Sequence record: OP595146.1
Reading direction: 5' to 3' (one strand)
From: Escherichia phage vB_EcoM_DE17
Length of the DNA: 64,000 nucleotides
The notes beneath the pieces were generated by a model. The model saw nothing but the letters and a program-made list of their open reading frames with translations. It made no database searches and was not told the origin of the DNA. This document shows positions 9,100-18,567 of the stretch, one piece after another (positions within the stretch are counted from its first letter, which is position 1; each line of letters starts with the position of its first letter). The position numbers were made by a program, and so were the translations under genes.

Positions 9100-9399
9100 T
9101 CACCAATACATATAAGTGTTCTTAGCGGCTTTCTTTGGAGACTTGCTATCAATATCAAAATCTTCATCTAAGAAGGATGTCTTAGAAAGCTGCCTTATTT
9201 GTGTTCTTGTAAGACGTTTAGTGGCCTTCTTAATCTCTCTACAAGGCTGACTTGTAAAGTCATAAGAGCCACCTTTTCTGGACATCATATCAGAATGGAA
9301 GTAGACATCTAAAGCATTTTCTCTGTTACGTACCTCATTTCTCCACTCATAAAGTCCATGAACGTTCTTTAAACCTTTTCTTCGAATTGTTTTACTCAT
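9100..9399 (-). CDS. hypothetical protein
   Basis: 99-aa ORF with a 4-nt overlap to the upstream gene. Confidence 0.5.
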   Translation of the reverse strand: MSKTIRRKGLKNVHGLYEWRNEVRNRENALDVYFHSDMMSRKGGSYDFTSQPCREIKKATKRLTRTQIRQLSKTSFLDEDFDIDSKSPKKAAKNTYMYW

Positions 9400-9791
9400 T
9401 CAAACACCACCTGACAAGGAACCTGTTTAGTAATAAATTCTTCACAGTGCTCTTTAATGAAGTTTTGTAATGGTACACAATCTTGTGCGCAAGTCATTAG
9501 CATAATGTACTCTGGATTCATGATGTTTTCAAGACTGTAGAAGACAACATCATCAGATAGTTCGTGACCATCTTCTTCAGACCAAGTTCCAGTGACTACA
9601 GCTAATTTGTCAAGCAATTCATTAGGCAATGCTACACTATCTTCTACAGAATCACTTAGAACATTGTCGCCGATATACAATGTGAAGACCGTGTGGAATG
9701 TTGAGTATCTTACGTGATTCTTTTCACAAGAGCCACACTCTGAGGCATAATCTTTAATCCACTCTAACTGTTTTTGGCTCAACTTAATCAT
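9396..9791 (-). CDS. hypothetical protein
   Basis: 131-aa ORF with overlapping stop/start on both sides. Confidence 0.5.
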   Translation of the reverse strand: MIKLSQKQLEWIKDYASECGSCEKNHVRYSTFHTVFTLYIGDNVLSDSVEDSVALPNELLDKLAVVTGTWSEEDGHELSDDVVFYSLENIMNPEYIMLMTCAQDCVPLQNFIKEHCEEFITKQVPCQVVFE

Positions 9792-9988
9792 AATTTCACC
9801 TTAGTCGGTAATGCACTGAATGCTATAGATAACCCTAAAAATGGTTTGAAGCATGACCATAAATCCATCTGACCATGATATGAGAAACCCCATTGTGGGT
9901 CTGAAAAACCCCATACCATAACACTAACCCCAAAGAAGAAGACTAGAATATGGAGTATGTATATCAACGCTTTTGATATCTTAAACAT
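9788..9988 (-). CDS. small membrane protein
   Basis: 66 aa with two hydrophobic helices (ALIYILHILVFFFGVSVMVWGF, LGLSIAFSAL). Confidence 0.5.
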   Translation of the reverse strand: MFKISKALIYILHILVFFFGVSVMVWGFSDPQWGFSYHGQMDLWSCFKPFLGLSIAFSALPTKVKL

Positions 9989-10091
9989 TTTAACTTACCT
10001 TTCAATTCACAATAAGAGAGTCCTAAAAAGAACCCTAGTAAGACAGAACCTATGAACAACCCAATAATACTCTCTGCCATATCTAACATCC

Positions 10092-10131
10092 AATAAAAAG
10101 GTGATGTAAGCCTACCAAGACCCACATCACC
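10092..10131 (-). terminator. terminator-like hairpin after nrdD, abutting a TTGACA box
   Basis: Minus strand: TTGACA-AGGTGATGT-(16-nt loop)-ACATCACCTTTTTTATT. Confidence 0.6.
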
Positions 10132-10141
10132 TTGTCAAGTT

Positions 10142-12286
10142 TTACATAGAGACTCTATCACGAATCTCAGCGATTTTTGCATCGTTCATTCGGGATTCAC
10201 CTTTAATCTTAGTCCATCCAAGATACCCACACACCCTGTTAATCACAGAGATATCATGTGAATGGCAAACCTCACATTCTTCAACATCAGCCTTTGGTCT
10301 GTTACCACAATGTTCACAGATTGCTAAGTCAAAGTTAAGCCCCTGATAGAAACCTTTCAACATCCCTCTGGTAATACAACTTTTAAGTGCTGTTAAGTTT
10401 TCTGGATTAGCTACCCTTACATACTGGATTCTGCCACCTCTACAGATATGGAAGAATGGCTCTTCTAAGTCCTGCTTCTCAAATGGTGAGATGTCTGCTG
10501 CAACATTCATATGAAAACTATTTGTGAAGTATTCCTTGTCAGAAACACCTTTAATAACGCCAAACATATCTCTGAACTGTTTTAACTGAGTTCCGCAAAG
10601 TGATTCTGCTGGAGTACCATAGACGGCATATAAGAAGCCATCTTCATTTTTAAACTCTTCAGTTTTCATGTTGATGTATGCCAGAACATCGTATGCAAAA
10701 CTACAGCTTCCAACTTCATGAAGTCGTTTACCTTCAGCAAGAACAGATAGCTCATCAAGCGCGGTAACCCCAAAAGAAGCTGTGAAGGACTTCACGATAT
10801 CCCAGCCAACCTTGTCAGTAGGTTTCTTATTCCCTTTGTACAGACCACCTTGTGTGAATGCAAGAGGGTTAGAACTTGCTGGCATATTAGCAATCATTTC
10901 GTAACGTTTCTTGTGGAAGCTGCGAATCATCTCTAGGTACTTATCAAGCTCTTTCCAGAAATCTAAGCCATTCTCTTTAGAATACTGGTAAATCATTGGT
11001 AAGTTCAAAGATACAGCACCAATGTTAGCACGACCAACATAGAACTCTTCCCCATTCTCATTAAAATATGGAGATAAGAAGGCTCTGCAACCCATCGGTG
11101 AAATTACCTTGCCAGAACGCTCAAAAGCTTCTGCTACAGCACCATGACCAGATACGCTTAAGAAATCTGGATACATCGCTTTAGAGCAACACTCAATAGC
11201 TTTACTGTACAGGTGTCCTTGACAGATATTTTCATCATGTCTCTTCTGGTCATAGATATAAACCAGCTTAGGAAATACAACAGGTTTTTTACTCTTACCT
11301 TGTCCATTCATACGAACATCTAGGAGAGTACTTGCAATCATGTATTGTAGTCGGTTGTCTTCATTAGACATGTCTGAGTCAAGCAAACCAAATGTTAAAG
11401 TTGTGAATGCAAAATCACCACGGCTGCAAGGTACAGTATTTAGTTTCATCTCTAGTGACTGGAAGCCTTGAGTTAATTCAATCTGTAGCTGCTCCATGAC
11501 ATAGTTATGGTAATGTTCTTTAGGAATACCGTAAGATGCTGCTTTCTCAGCATGATAGCGTAGAGACTTCTTAGCATACGGTACAAGTGCCTTATCAATC
11601 TCTGCTAAAGTAAATCCACCAAATTGCTGTGCAGTTGCTGAAAGAACTACATCACCGATAACTTGTAAGGCTGACAGTACAGACTTCGGTTCACAGTATT
11701 CGATGCCAGACATTTCAAAGCCACCTTTCAGTACTTTACCAATGTCGAACAGGCAACAGTTAATCCCACCAAAAATTAGGTCTCTTAAGTCATGGATGTA
11801 GATAAACCCTTTTTCAATGGCTTCGAGTTCCTCTGGTGTTAAATGGTACTGTTTAAAGATTTCTTTAGTCAGATAACCACGAATAATTGAACCTTTTGTA
11901 GAAATTAAACTACTGTCAAAGTTAGCATTTTCACGGTCACCTAAGAAGAGTGTGTCTCTGGTCTTTTGGTAAAGCTCATCCCAATTTTGAGCAACCTCTT
12001 TACGGTAATTTCTGTATGTTGAGTAAGACTCATAAATCTCGTGATTGACTTCTGCCAAAGCACCCTCAACAATGCTGTGGATATCATTTACCGAGATAAG
12101 CAAATTACCCTGCTTAGTGGACTTTACCAGAATCCTCATAAATGCTGACTCAAGAGCTTGGGTAACATCTGGTGGCAGTTCTTTATATCCAACCCTGTTA
12201 GCTGACTTTGTCACTGCCGCTAAAACTTTTTTGATATCAGGTTCTTCAAGTGAGCCATTCTTTTTAATAATCTGTACTTTGTTCAT
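10142..12286 (-). CDS. nrdD: anaerobic ribonucleoside-triphosphate reductase (class III)
   Basis: 714 aa. C-terminal glycyl-radical motif RVCGYLG and Zn-site cysteines CEHCGN...CEVCHSHD. Confidence 0.9.
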   Translation of the reverse strand: MNKVQIIKKNGSLEEPDIKKVLAAVTKSANRVGYKELPPDVTQALESAFMRILVKSTKQGNLLISVNDIHSIVEGALAEVNHEIYESYSTYRNYRKEVAQNWDELYQKTRDTLFLGDRENANFDSSLISTKGSIIRGYLTKEIFKQYHLTPEELEAIEKGFIYIHDLRDLIFGGINCCLFDIGKVLKGGFEMSGIEYCEPKSVLSALQVIGDVVLSATAQQFGGFTLAEIDKALVPYAKKSLRYHAEKAASYGIPKEHYHNYVMEQLQIELTQGFQSLEMKLNTVPCSRGDFAFTTLTFGLLDSDMSNEDNRLQYMIASTLLDVRMNGQGKSKKPVVFPKLVYIYDQKRHDENICQGHLYSKAIECCSKAMYPDFLSVSGHGAVAEAFERSGKVISPMGCRAFLSPYFNENGEEFYVGRANIGAVSLNLPMIYQYSKENGLDFWKELDKYLEMIRSFHKKRYEMIANMPASSNPLAFTQGGLYKGNKKPTDKVGWDIVKSFTASFGVTALDELSVLAEGKRLHEVGSCSFAYDVLAYINMKTEEFKNEDGFLYAVYGTPAESLCGTQLKQFRDMFGVIKGVSDKEYFTNSFHMNVAADISPFEKQDLEEPFFHICRGGRIQYVRVANPENLTALKSCITRGMLKGFYQGLNFDLAICEHCGNRPKADVEECEVCHSHDISVINRVCGYLGWTKIKGESRMNDAKIAEIRDRVSM

Positions 12287-12304
12287 TATTGCCCCTTTAC
12301 ATGC

Positions 12305-12329
12305 TAAAAAGGTCTCCGAAGAGACCCTT
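12305..12329 (-). terminator. rho-independent terminator
   Basis: Minus strand: AAGGGTCTC-TTCG-GAGACCTTTTTAG. Confidence 0.75.
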
Positions 12330-12334
12330 TCATT

Positions 12335-12541
12335 TTAAATCTTTTTAGAAAACTTCGAAACGAGTTTTCTTAGTTTTTCAGTGATACCTAGCTGTATCTC
12401 TAATATTTCAAAGATAACCCATAGTAACATGGCTCCAAACAATGAACCTTGTTCAAAATCAGTAAATAGGTTAACAACAAGCATACCAATCACAATGGCT
12501 GGTGCATCAACAACCAAGCCTTCCCAAAGGCGTTTAAGCAT
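12335..12541 (-). CDS. small membrane protein
   Basis: 68 aa with hydrophobic segments (APAIVIGMLVVNLF, LFGAMLLWVIFEIL). Confidence 0.5.
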   Translation of the reverse strand: MLKRLWEGLVVDAPAIVIGMLVVNLFTDFEQGSLFGAMLLWVIFEILEIQLGITEKLRKLVSKFSKKI

Positions 12542-12776
12542 TATTCACCTCTGCCATAAAATTCTGTAGCGTTCCAACAGGTTTTAGGTTTTGTCCATCA
12601 GTTTTCATGATGAATGGCATCTGACGAACTGGCATCTGTGCAATATCCATCAGGTCTGACAGTTCATAATCCTGCCCTAACATTCTCACAACATGGTCAA
12701 TACCACGAGCTTTTGCAAAATTCTTTGCAGTCTCACACTGAGGGCATCCAGTTTTGGAGTAAATTACATAAGTCAT
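12534..12776 (-). CDS. glutaredoxin/NrdH-like redoxin
   Basis: 80 aa, N-terminal CPQC redox motif (VIYSKTGCPQCETAKNF), located between nrdB and nrdD. Confidence 0.75.
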   Translation of the reverse strand: MTYVIYSKTGCPQCETAKNFAKARGIDHVVRMLGQDYELSDLMDIAQMPVRQMPFIMKTDGQNLKPVGTLQNFMAEVNNA

Positions 12777-13849
12777 TAAGGAACCTCTAAAAATCCACTA
12801 TTCAAATCATCTACAACAGTATTCAACAGGTACGCACCATTCTGTTGCTCCTGATTAGCATTCTGCTCTTTATCAATTTCCATCTTCTTAATCATATACT
12901 TCAAAGGTGGTTCTTTAGGAGCTATAAAATCTCTGGGAATGCCAAACATATCATACAGTGGGGCAGCATTATAGTAAACCCACTCATGAAGAAGCTTTGT
13001 ATTTAAGCCAACTACAGCACGTCCTTCGGAGAAGATATAATACGACCATTTCTCTTCACTTTCAACTACTTCATCTAAGATTACTTTAATCTCTGGAAGG
13101 ATTTGTTGAAAAGCTTTCTGCCACTCATCATCTCTTAAAGTTTCTTTTAAAACTTCAATATCAATTTTAGTGTGAAGGATTTCGTCAAGCATAATTTTCT
13201 GGACAGCTTGAGCAATACCTTGAAATTTATCTTGGGCATCAAGTGCAAAAGTACATGCAAAAGATGCCATAAAAGAAATACCTTCAAGTGCAGTCACTGC
13301 AAATAGACCTTTTAGAATCACTTTATGGAAGTGTAAAGGGTCTTTGTCCAGAAGTGAGTCACGCACATAACTCAGACGATAGTTTATACCTTCATCCAGT
13401 AATTCTTCAAGGACACGATTCACAGTTTTTAATCGGTCTTGTACAGCAACATTCTGGTTAATCTCATCTAAGATTGTTTCAGGGTTTTTAATACATTGTC
13501 TTACAATCTCTGAGTAAGTAAGAGCGTGTAGGTTTTCAATCTCAGACTGCTTCATAATTGCAGTTGCATAGATGTCATCAGAGATGAAGGGTGCAAAGGC
13601 AAATGCCAAGCTCTTAGCAACTTGAGTGTCTGCCTCCCACTGCCACTTAAGAATCTCAAGCATTACACCTGACATTGATGCTGGGACACTCTCAAAATCA
13701 AGACGTGATTGTTCAAAAGGGAACTCATCTTCTGACCAGTCTTGTGCTTTTTGTTGTTTATAAAGTTCGAAGATTTTTGGGTAGTGCTTATTAAGTGAGT
13801 CAAAAGTTTTTCTCTCACCACCTAAAAAGATTGGGTGCTGGTTAATCAT
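12776..13849 (-). CDS. nrdB: ribonucleotide reductase class Ia beta subunit
   Basis: Ferritin-like ExxH motifs (EIENLHALTYSEI, LDEILHT). Start trimmed to the ATG at 13849 (MINQHPIF...), which overlaps the upstream stop. Confidence 0.9.
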   Translation of the reverse strand: MINQHPIFLGGERKTFDSLNKHYPKIFELYKQQKAQDWSEDEFPFEQSRLDFESVPASMSGVMLEILKWQWEADTQVAKSLAFAFAPFISDDIYATAIMKQSEIENLHALTYSEIVRQCIKNPETILDEINQNVAVQDRLKTVNRVLEELLDEGINYRLSYVRDSLLDKDPLHFHKVILKGLFAVTALEGISFMASFACTFALDAQDKFQGIAQAVQKIMLDEILHTKIDIEVLKETLRDDEWQKAFQQILPEIKVILDEVVESEEKWSYYIFSEGRAVVGLNTKLLHEWVYYNAAPLYDMFGIPRDFIAPKEPPLKYMIKKMEIDKEQNANQEQQNGAYLLNTVVDDLNSGFLEVP

Positions 13850-14103
13850 AGCGTGATTTCTCCTTTCTTTATCATTTCTAAGGCTTGTTTTCTGTCTAAA
13901 ACTTCCCAATTCTCTTTGTTAAACATCTCATAAGGTCTTGCGTAGATTTTACCATCTGCTGTAGAGATGTAAGAGGCTCCAGTGACCCATAAGTCATCAT
14001 TCTGCTTTATCATGATACCTGTGCTGCTCACATAGTACAATGTTTTGCGGGGTTTGTAGAGCAAGTATATTGGTCGCTCATGTTTTTCTATTAAATCTTT
14101 CAT
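13846..14103 (-). CDS. hypothetical protein between nrdA and nrdB
   Basis: Track ORF 13846..14187 overlaps the nrdA end. The internal ATG at 14103 (MKDLIEKHERPIY...) has the RBS GGAGAGA. Confidence 0.5.
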   Translation of the reverse strand: MKDLIEKHERPIYLLYKPRKTLYYVSSTGIMIKQNDDLWVTGASYISTADGKIYARPYEMFNKENWEVLDRKQALEMIKKGEITL

Positions 14104-14158
14104 GGTCTCTCCAAAGTTATTTTTAGAGGGTCTTTTACGACCCTCATAGTTATTAAAA

Positions 14159-16393
14159 CTAAACACCACAACCCTCGCAATAAGCATCTTGCAGTGCAGA
14201 TTTACCTACACCAATGCGACTGTTAAGGTAGTACATGGTTTTCATACCTACCGAGTTGGCATAAATCATGTACTTCAAAGCTTGAGCCAATGATACCTTC
14301 TTAGCTTTTGCGTAGTCAACATAGAAATCTGAAGAGATAGCTTGACCAGTGAACTTTTGAACAATTGCATAACAATCAATCAGGTCAAAGGTGTCAATAC
14401 CCCAAGCAATTTCATATACATACTTCAACTCTTCATAATCTGGAACAATAAACAGTACGTTACCAGTTGCAGACTTTTTGGTTAAAATAAAGTCACGAAT
14501 TGGGTACAAGCCGTTAGTTGTATTAGTCGCCAGAGAAGAACTCTCGTTAGGCATGTAAGCCTCTAATACAGAGTTACGGATTCCACCATTTTCTTTGATA
14601 CGCTGTGCTAAGTCATCCCAATCATATCGTAGTTTTGCATCATGCTTTTCATCAATCTTCTTGTTGGCTGTCTTTGGAGGAACCCAACCTTCAGGATACT
14701 TAGTGAACTTCATGTACTCTGGAACGCCACGCTCTTTAGCAAGTCTCAGAGAGGCTTCATGCAGATAGTAAGAGTGCATCTCTGCAAGTTCATGAAGCTT
14801 CGTCTTACCTGCTCTTGAAGAATAGTTCACGTAGTTTTTCGCAAGGTAATGAGCCACATTTGTAAGGCCAATCCCAACAGAGCGACGCTTCTGAACATGG
14901 TTGCGCATCGACGGATACGGATAATCCATAAGGTCAATAACGGAGTCAACCATTGCAAGAGCATAATAAGCAACGTCAGCGTATTCATCTTCTGAAATTC
15001 TCCCTGCAACCAAACTAGCTAGGAAGCAAAGAGCTACCTCACCATCCTCTTTCACAGCATCGTCTCTGTAAAGGTCTGTCTCTTTCTCAAAACCATACAC
15101 TGGCAATACAATTTCCATGCAAAGATTTGACATCTTCAATGGCTCTTTAAATGGTGTATGTGTGTTTGCATTATTTGTGAAGAATGGGTACACACGACCT
15201 GTTGCGTAACGCTGCTGGATAAACAGTTTAGCAATTTCACGAGCCTTTACTCGTCTGTGTTTAACACCAGAATGTACTGCGTGACCAACTGCCATAGCAA
15301 ACTCATCAGCGGATGCTGTGTAGAACATGTCATAGAGTTTTGGTGCATCTTTGTAAGAGAATAGCAACCAATCTGTATCATACTGGACACACTGCCAGAA
15401 ATAATCGTTTGTGCCGAATGAGTAGTCCATCTCATTAATACGTTTAGAAGGAACCGTTGTAGGGTGCTTCAAACGCAGTAAGTCTTCAATCTGTGGGTCT
15501 AGAGCGGTGTAGAAGTTGTTAGCTGAACCACCACGGCTCTTCTGTTTGTTTGCCTCTACAGATGAACGTACAAGTTTGTAATAAGGTAGCTTACCCATGT
15601 GCTCAATAGTATTTTGACGGATACCATCACCAATAGTGCGAGTCTCCATCAGCATACCGATACCAGCTTGCTTTGTAGTCATATCATAAGCAACCTTTGC
15701 AGCAATGCCAAGAGATTCAGCAGTATCGTTTGCCTTAATCAAACAGCATGACGCATAACCTGACTTAGTAGCACGTAAACCATTCAGATAAGGCGTAGGA
15801 GCGTTAATCTTCAGGTCAGATAGGTAAGTGTACAGCTTAATCACATCTTGCAGTCTACGGTGTTTTGGTTGCTTCTCAAAAGCTTTCATAGCCATACCCA
15901 TAAACATAAATTGTGGTGACTCAAAAAGTCTTCCAGTTTTAATATCACGGATACCATATTTGTCTCTGAACTGTTTCAACACTGCATAGCCGTAAGAGAT
16001 ATCTTTTGAGTGCACAATATACCCTTGCAGATATTCAAGCTCTTCCTGAGAATAGTCCATCTTCTCCCAAAGTCCTGCTCTCTCCATATTTTTAACGAAG
16101 GTAACCAGCGTAGGAACCTTAGTAAAGCCTCCAAAGGCTTCTTTGTAGATAATCCCCAGAAGTAGCCGTCCAGCCATATCTGAGTACTCTTGAGTTTGCT
16201 TATCAACACAAACATCAATCATGGCTTGGTGCATCTCTTTTGTAGTGCAACCCTCATAGACACGCTTCATGGCTTCCATAGTGACTTCTGACCAGATAAT
16301 TCCACGCTTATCTGCCCATGATGCCCACTTATTCAGTCTTTCTGGGTCAAAGCTGACTACTGTACCGTTTGATTTTTTAATTGTCTTAATCAT
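14159..16393 (-). CDS. nrdA: ribonucleotide reductase class Ia alpha subunit
   Basis: 744 aa with an N-terminal ATP-cone-like region, the active-site motif SNLCMEI and C-terminal redox cysteines YCEGCGV. Confidence 0.9.
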   Translation of the reverse strand: MIKTIKKSNGTVVSFDPERLNKWASWADKRGIIWSEVTMEAMKRVYEGCTTKEMHQAMIDVCVDKQTQEYSDMAGRLLLGIIYKEAFGGFTKVPTLVTFVKNMERAGLWEKMDYSQEELEYLQGYIVHSKDISYGYAVLKQFRDKYGIRDIKTGRLFESPQFMFMGMAMKAFEKQPKHRRLQDVIKLYTYLSDLKINAPTPYLNGLRATKSGYASCCLIKANDTAESLGIAAKVAYDMTTKQAGIGMLMETRTIGDGIRQNTIEHMGKLPYYKLVRSSVEANKQKSRGGSANNFYTALDPQIEDLLRLKHPTTVPSKRINEMDYSFGTNDYFWQCVQYDTDWLLFSYKDAPKLYDMFYTASADEFAMAVGHAVHSGVKHRRVKAREIAKLFIQQRYATGRVYPFFTNNANTHTPFKEPLKMSNLCMEIVLPVYGFEKETDLYRDDAVKEDGEVALCFLASLVAGRISEDEYADVAYYALAMVDSVIDLMDYPYPSMRNHVQKRRSVGIGLTNVAHYLAKNYVNYSSRAGKTKLHELAEMHSYYLHEASLRLAKERGVPEYMKFTKYPEGWVPPKTANKKIDEKHDAKLRYDWDDLAQRIKENGGIRNSVLEAYMPNESSSLATNTTNGLYPIRDFILTKKSATGNVLFIVPDYEELKYVYEIAWGIDTFDLIDCYAIVQKFTGQAISSDFYVDYAKAKKVSLAQALKYMIYANSVGMKTMYYLNSRIGVGKSALQDAYCEGCGV

Positions 16394-16439
16394 TTTTGAA
16401 TCCTACAGATGAGAAGAGCCTCCGAAGAGGCTCCCTAGT

Positions 16440-16772
16440 TTAAATCTTGAAAATTTGCTCATTCTGCCACATATCGTAAAACTTATCACTTACCTTTGTG
16501 ACTGACGAAGTGTGCATACAATTGACGAACCATGATATATTACTATTCATAATTATTTCAAGCTGTTTTGTGACATCCACATTCATGTCTTCAACAACGT
16601 AATTACCTCGCATCTTGCAAACAACTCTTCCAAACAAGATTGCACTTCTGCCTCTTCGGTCGTCACAGTACATAACTGTGTCTCCGTGCTTAACATCTTG
16701 TCCGATACTATCAACACCTAATTTAGCACCTGAGATAATGTCATCATAAGATAACTTTTTTGCTTTAGACAC
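16440..16772 (-). CDS. hypothetical protein
   Basis: 110-aa ORF on the same strand; its stop is followed by a hairpin at 16412-16436. Confidence 0.5.
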   Translation of the reverse strand: MSKAKKLSYDDIISGAKLGVDSIGQDVKHGDTVMYCDDRRGRSAILFGRVVCKMRGNYVVEDMNVDVTKQLEIIMNSNISWFVNCMHTSSVTKVSDKFYDMWQNEQIFKI

Positions 16773-17088
16773 GGTATTTCTCCAAGTTTCTTTTTAGATA
16801 TAACCAACCATAGTCAGTTCTTTCTACACCCATGAAGAGTGGAGCCATTACAACTTTACCAAAAGTATTCCTGTGTTGACAGATTTCAAAAGAATACTCT
16901 TTCTCAATATCAATCCCGTATTTGTACAGAACTGCTTTTAAAACTTGTTCATTATCCAGAAGTGTATCTGGAGTCTCACCATACTTCTCAAGTAACGGGT
17001 CATTCATAAACACCGTCATAGAGATATTGTAGTTTGAGAAGTGGCTCTTCTGAGCCACACCTTCTTTATTAATGTTCTGTGAATCCAT
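16765..17088 (-). CDS. hypothetical protein
   Basis: Start placed at the ATG at 17088 (MDSQNINKEG...). Confidence 0.5.
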   Translation of the reverse strand: MDSQNINKEGVAQKSHFSNYNISMTVFMNDPLLEKYGETPDTLLDNEQVLKAVLYKYGIDIEKEYSFEICQHRNTFGKVVMAPLFMGVERTDYGWLYLKRNLEKYRV

Positions 17089-17824
17089 TATAACCAACCC
17101 CTTTTAACCAGCACTTCAGGTTATTAGCATCATAATTCAGTTTCGGGTATGAGGTTACATGGAACTGCTCACCATCATAGTAGACAATATCTGCAATCCA
17201 TAGTCCATTCTCTTTACAGAAATCTTTATCTGCTTTAGAGGTAATTGGATTAACTTCTACAAAACCATCTACACCCAAATCCTTTAAGCTACATACAATA
17301 CCTTTGCAGATAACGCATGTGTCAGATACTACCACAAAAAGTTCTTGGCTTTCAAGTTCTACAATGTATTCACCAAGCTGAACTTTAGGGAGATTAGATT
17401 GCTTCATAATCTTCCCATCGGCTGCACGAACAATTGCATACCATTCTTTACCATCAACTACTGACATTCTGATGATACACTCTTGACCAGTACGCTTCTC
17501 AATATCTGCAAGACGCTTTAAAGCTTCTTCATAGTCGTCTGTGTACTTCAGGTCATTATTATGGCAAACAGCTTTCATAGCACCGTTATGGTCATGTTGT
17601 GATAGATAAATCAGACCGTCAAGAACATATTGCAAATCTGCCTGAGCATCCAGTGTCTCAATGGGGTCTTTCTCTTCAATTGCTTTTACAAGCTCTTTTG
17701 CTTCTTCAAGCATACATAGAGATTGAGATTTCAAAGACTCCCAATACTCATCACTGTAAGGTTGCTTTTGAGTGTTTCCACAACGAAGATTCCAGTTTTT
17801 TACTGATTCTCTTGAGTTAAACAT
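17069..17824 (-). CDS. putative all-alpha NTP pyrophosphohydrolase (MazG-like) domain protein
   Basis: N-terminal acidic helix pattern LEEAKELVKAIEEKDPIETLDAQADLQYVLDG resembles MazG/dimeric-dUTPase-type folds. RBS AGGAG. Weak call. Confidence 0.35.
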   Translation of the reverse strand: MFNSRESVKNWNLRCGNTQKQPYSDEYWESLKSQSLCMLEEAKELVKAIEEKDPIETLDAQADLQYVLDGLIYLSQHDHNGAMKAVCHNNDLKYTDDYEEALKRLADIEKRTGQECIIRMSVVDGKEWYAIVRAADGKIMKQSNLPKVQLGEYIVELESQELFVVVSDTCVICKGIVCSLKDLGVDGFVEVNPITSKADKDFCKENGLWIADIVYYDGEQFHVTSYPKLNYDANNLKCWLKGVGYNGFTEH

Positions 17825-18048
17825 TTGGACTCCTTAAAATATCTGTTAACCTTTAGCTCTCGTGTTTCAATATATTCCAGATGCTCACGTAGCTCTTGAC
17901 GTTTAAGCATTAGGTGCTGCATTTGAGATTCAACAGCTTCAACCTCTTTAATTATTGACTCTCTGGCATTTGCAAGAATGCGCTCAAGTTCTTCAATCTT
18001 GCTGTCAACTTTTGCTACATGACTCACAGCTTTACTTTTGTTAAACAT
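17800..18048 (-). CDS. hypothetical coiled-coil protein
   Basis: Start at the ATG at 18048 (MFNKSKAV...) behind GAGAGAGAA. Heptad-rich sequence. Confidence 0.5.
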   Translation of the reverse strand: MFNKSKAVSHVAKVDSKIEELERILANARESIIKEVEAVESQMQHLMLKRQELREHLEYIETRELKVNRYFKESKCLTQENQ

Positions 18049-18069
18049 TTTATTCTCTCTCAATAGTTA

Positions 18070-18567
18070 TCAAGCACAGTTTGCTTTCATTACCTTATGG
18101 ATTCTTTTTTCAGCATCTTCATAAGTTTCTTTAGTAATAAACTTAATTGCTGCAATATTGGCATTGTAGAAGAGTCTGAGCTTAGAGTCAATCCTTTTTG
18201 TCATTACATCGAATTTATGTTGAAGGTTTGCTTCACCATAAACTAGACCACCTTTTGTGTAGTAGGTTTGAATAATGTAAAAGTCAAAAAATTCTTTTCC
18301 AAAGCTCTCAATATCTTTTTTGATATACTCAGAAGAAGTCTCATAAGTCATCCAATCACTTTCCTTAGTGACTACCTTCTTCCGAGTCTTGCCAGCAACT
18401 TTTCTTTTGGTCACACTATTAAGCTGTTTCTTTCCGATATAGTATTGTCCGGTTTTCTTACAGTATACTAAATAGACAAAGCCAAAATGTTTAGTGGGGT
18501 CAACTTCCCCACACAAAGATACCCAATGACCGTAGGTAGGACAATTGCCAAATCCTTTAATCTTCAT
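18070..18567 (-). CDS. GIY-YIG-like nuclease domain protein
   Basis: FGFVYLVYCKKTGQYYIGKK resembles the GIY...YIG motif pair; 165 aa. Confidence 0.45.
   Translation of the reverse strand: MKIKGFGNCPTYGHWVSLCGEVDPTKHFGFVYLVYCKKTGQYYIGKKQLNSVTKRKVAGKTRKKVVTKESDWMTYETSSEYIKKDIESFGKEFFDFYIIQTYYTKGGLVYGEANLQHKFDVMTKRIDSKLRLFYNANIAAIKFITKETYEDAEKRIHKVMKANCA

Noticed and set aside
9964-10080. 38-codon hydrophobic ORF (MAESIIGLFIGSVLLGFFLGLSYCELKGKLKCLRYQKR) downstream of nrdD
   Set aside because: It has only a weak RBS (GGAT) and overlaps the next gene by 25 nt in another frame. It is plausible but unsupported.
13850-13909. N-terminal extensions of several track ORFs (nrdB, 13846..14187, prs, terL, primase-helicase, polymerase, ligase)
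   Set aside because: The extended starts use TTG/GTG or overlap the upstream gene. Downstream ATGs sit behind clear GGAG/GAGG-type RBSs and give canonical N-termini.
10142-16393. Searched the nrdD, nrdB and nrdA genes, and also the polymerase and thyA genes, for introns, inteins or split genes as seen in T4-like phages
   Set aside because: All are single uninterrupted ORFs of normal length with motifs in the expected order.
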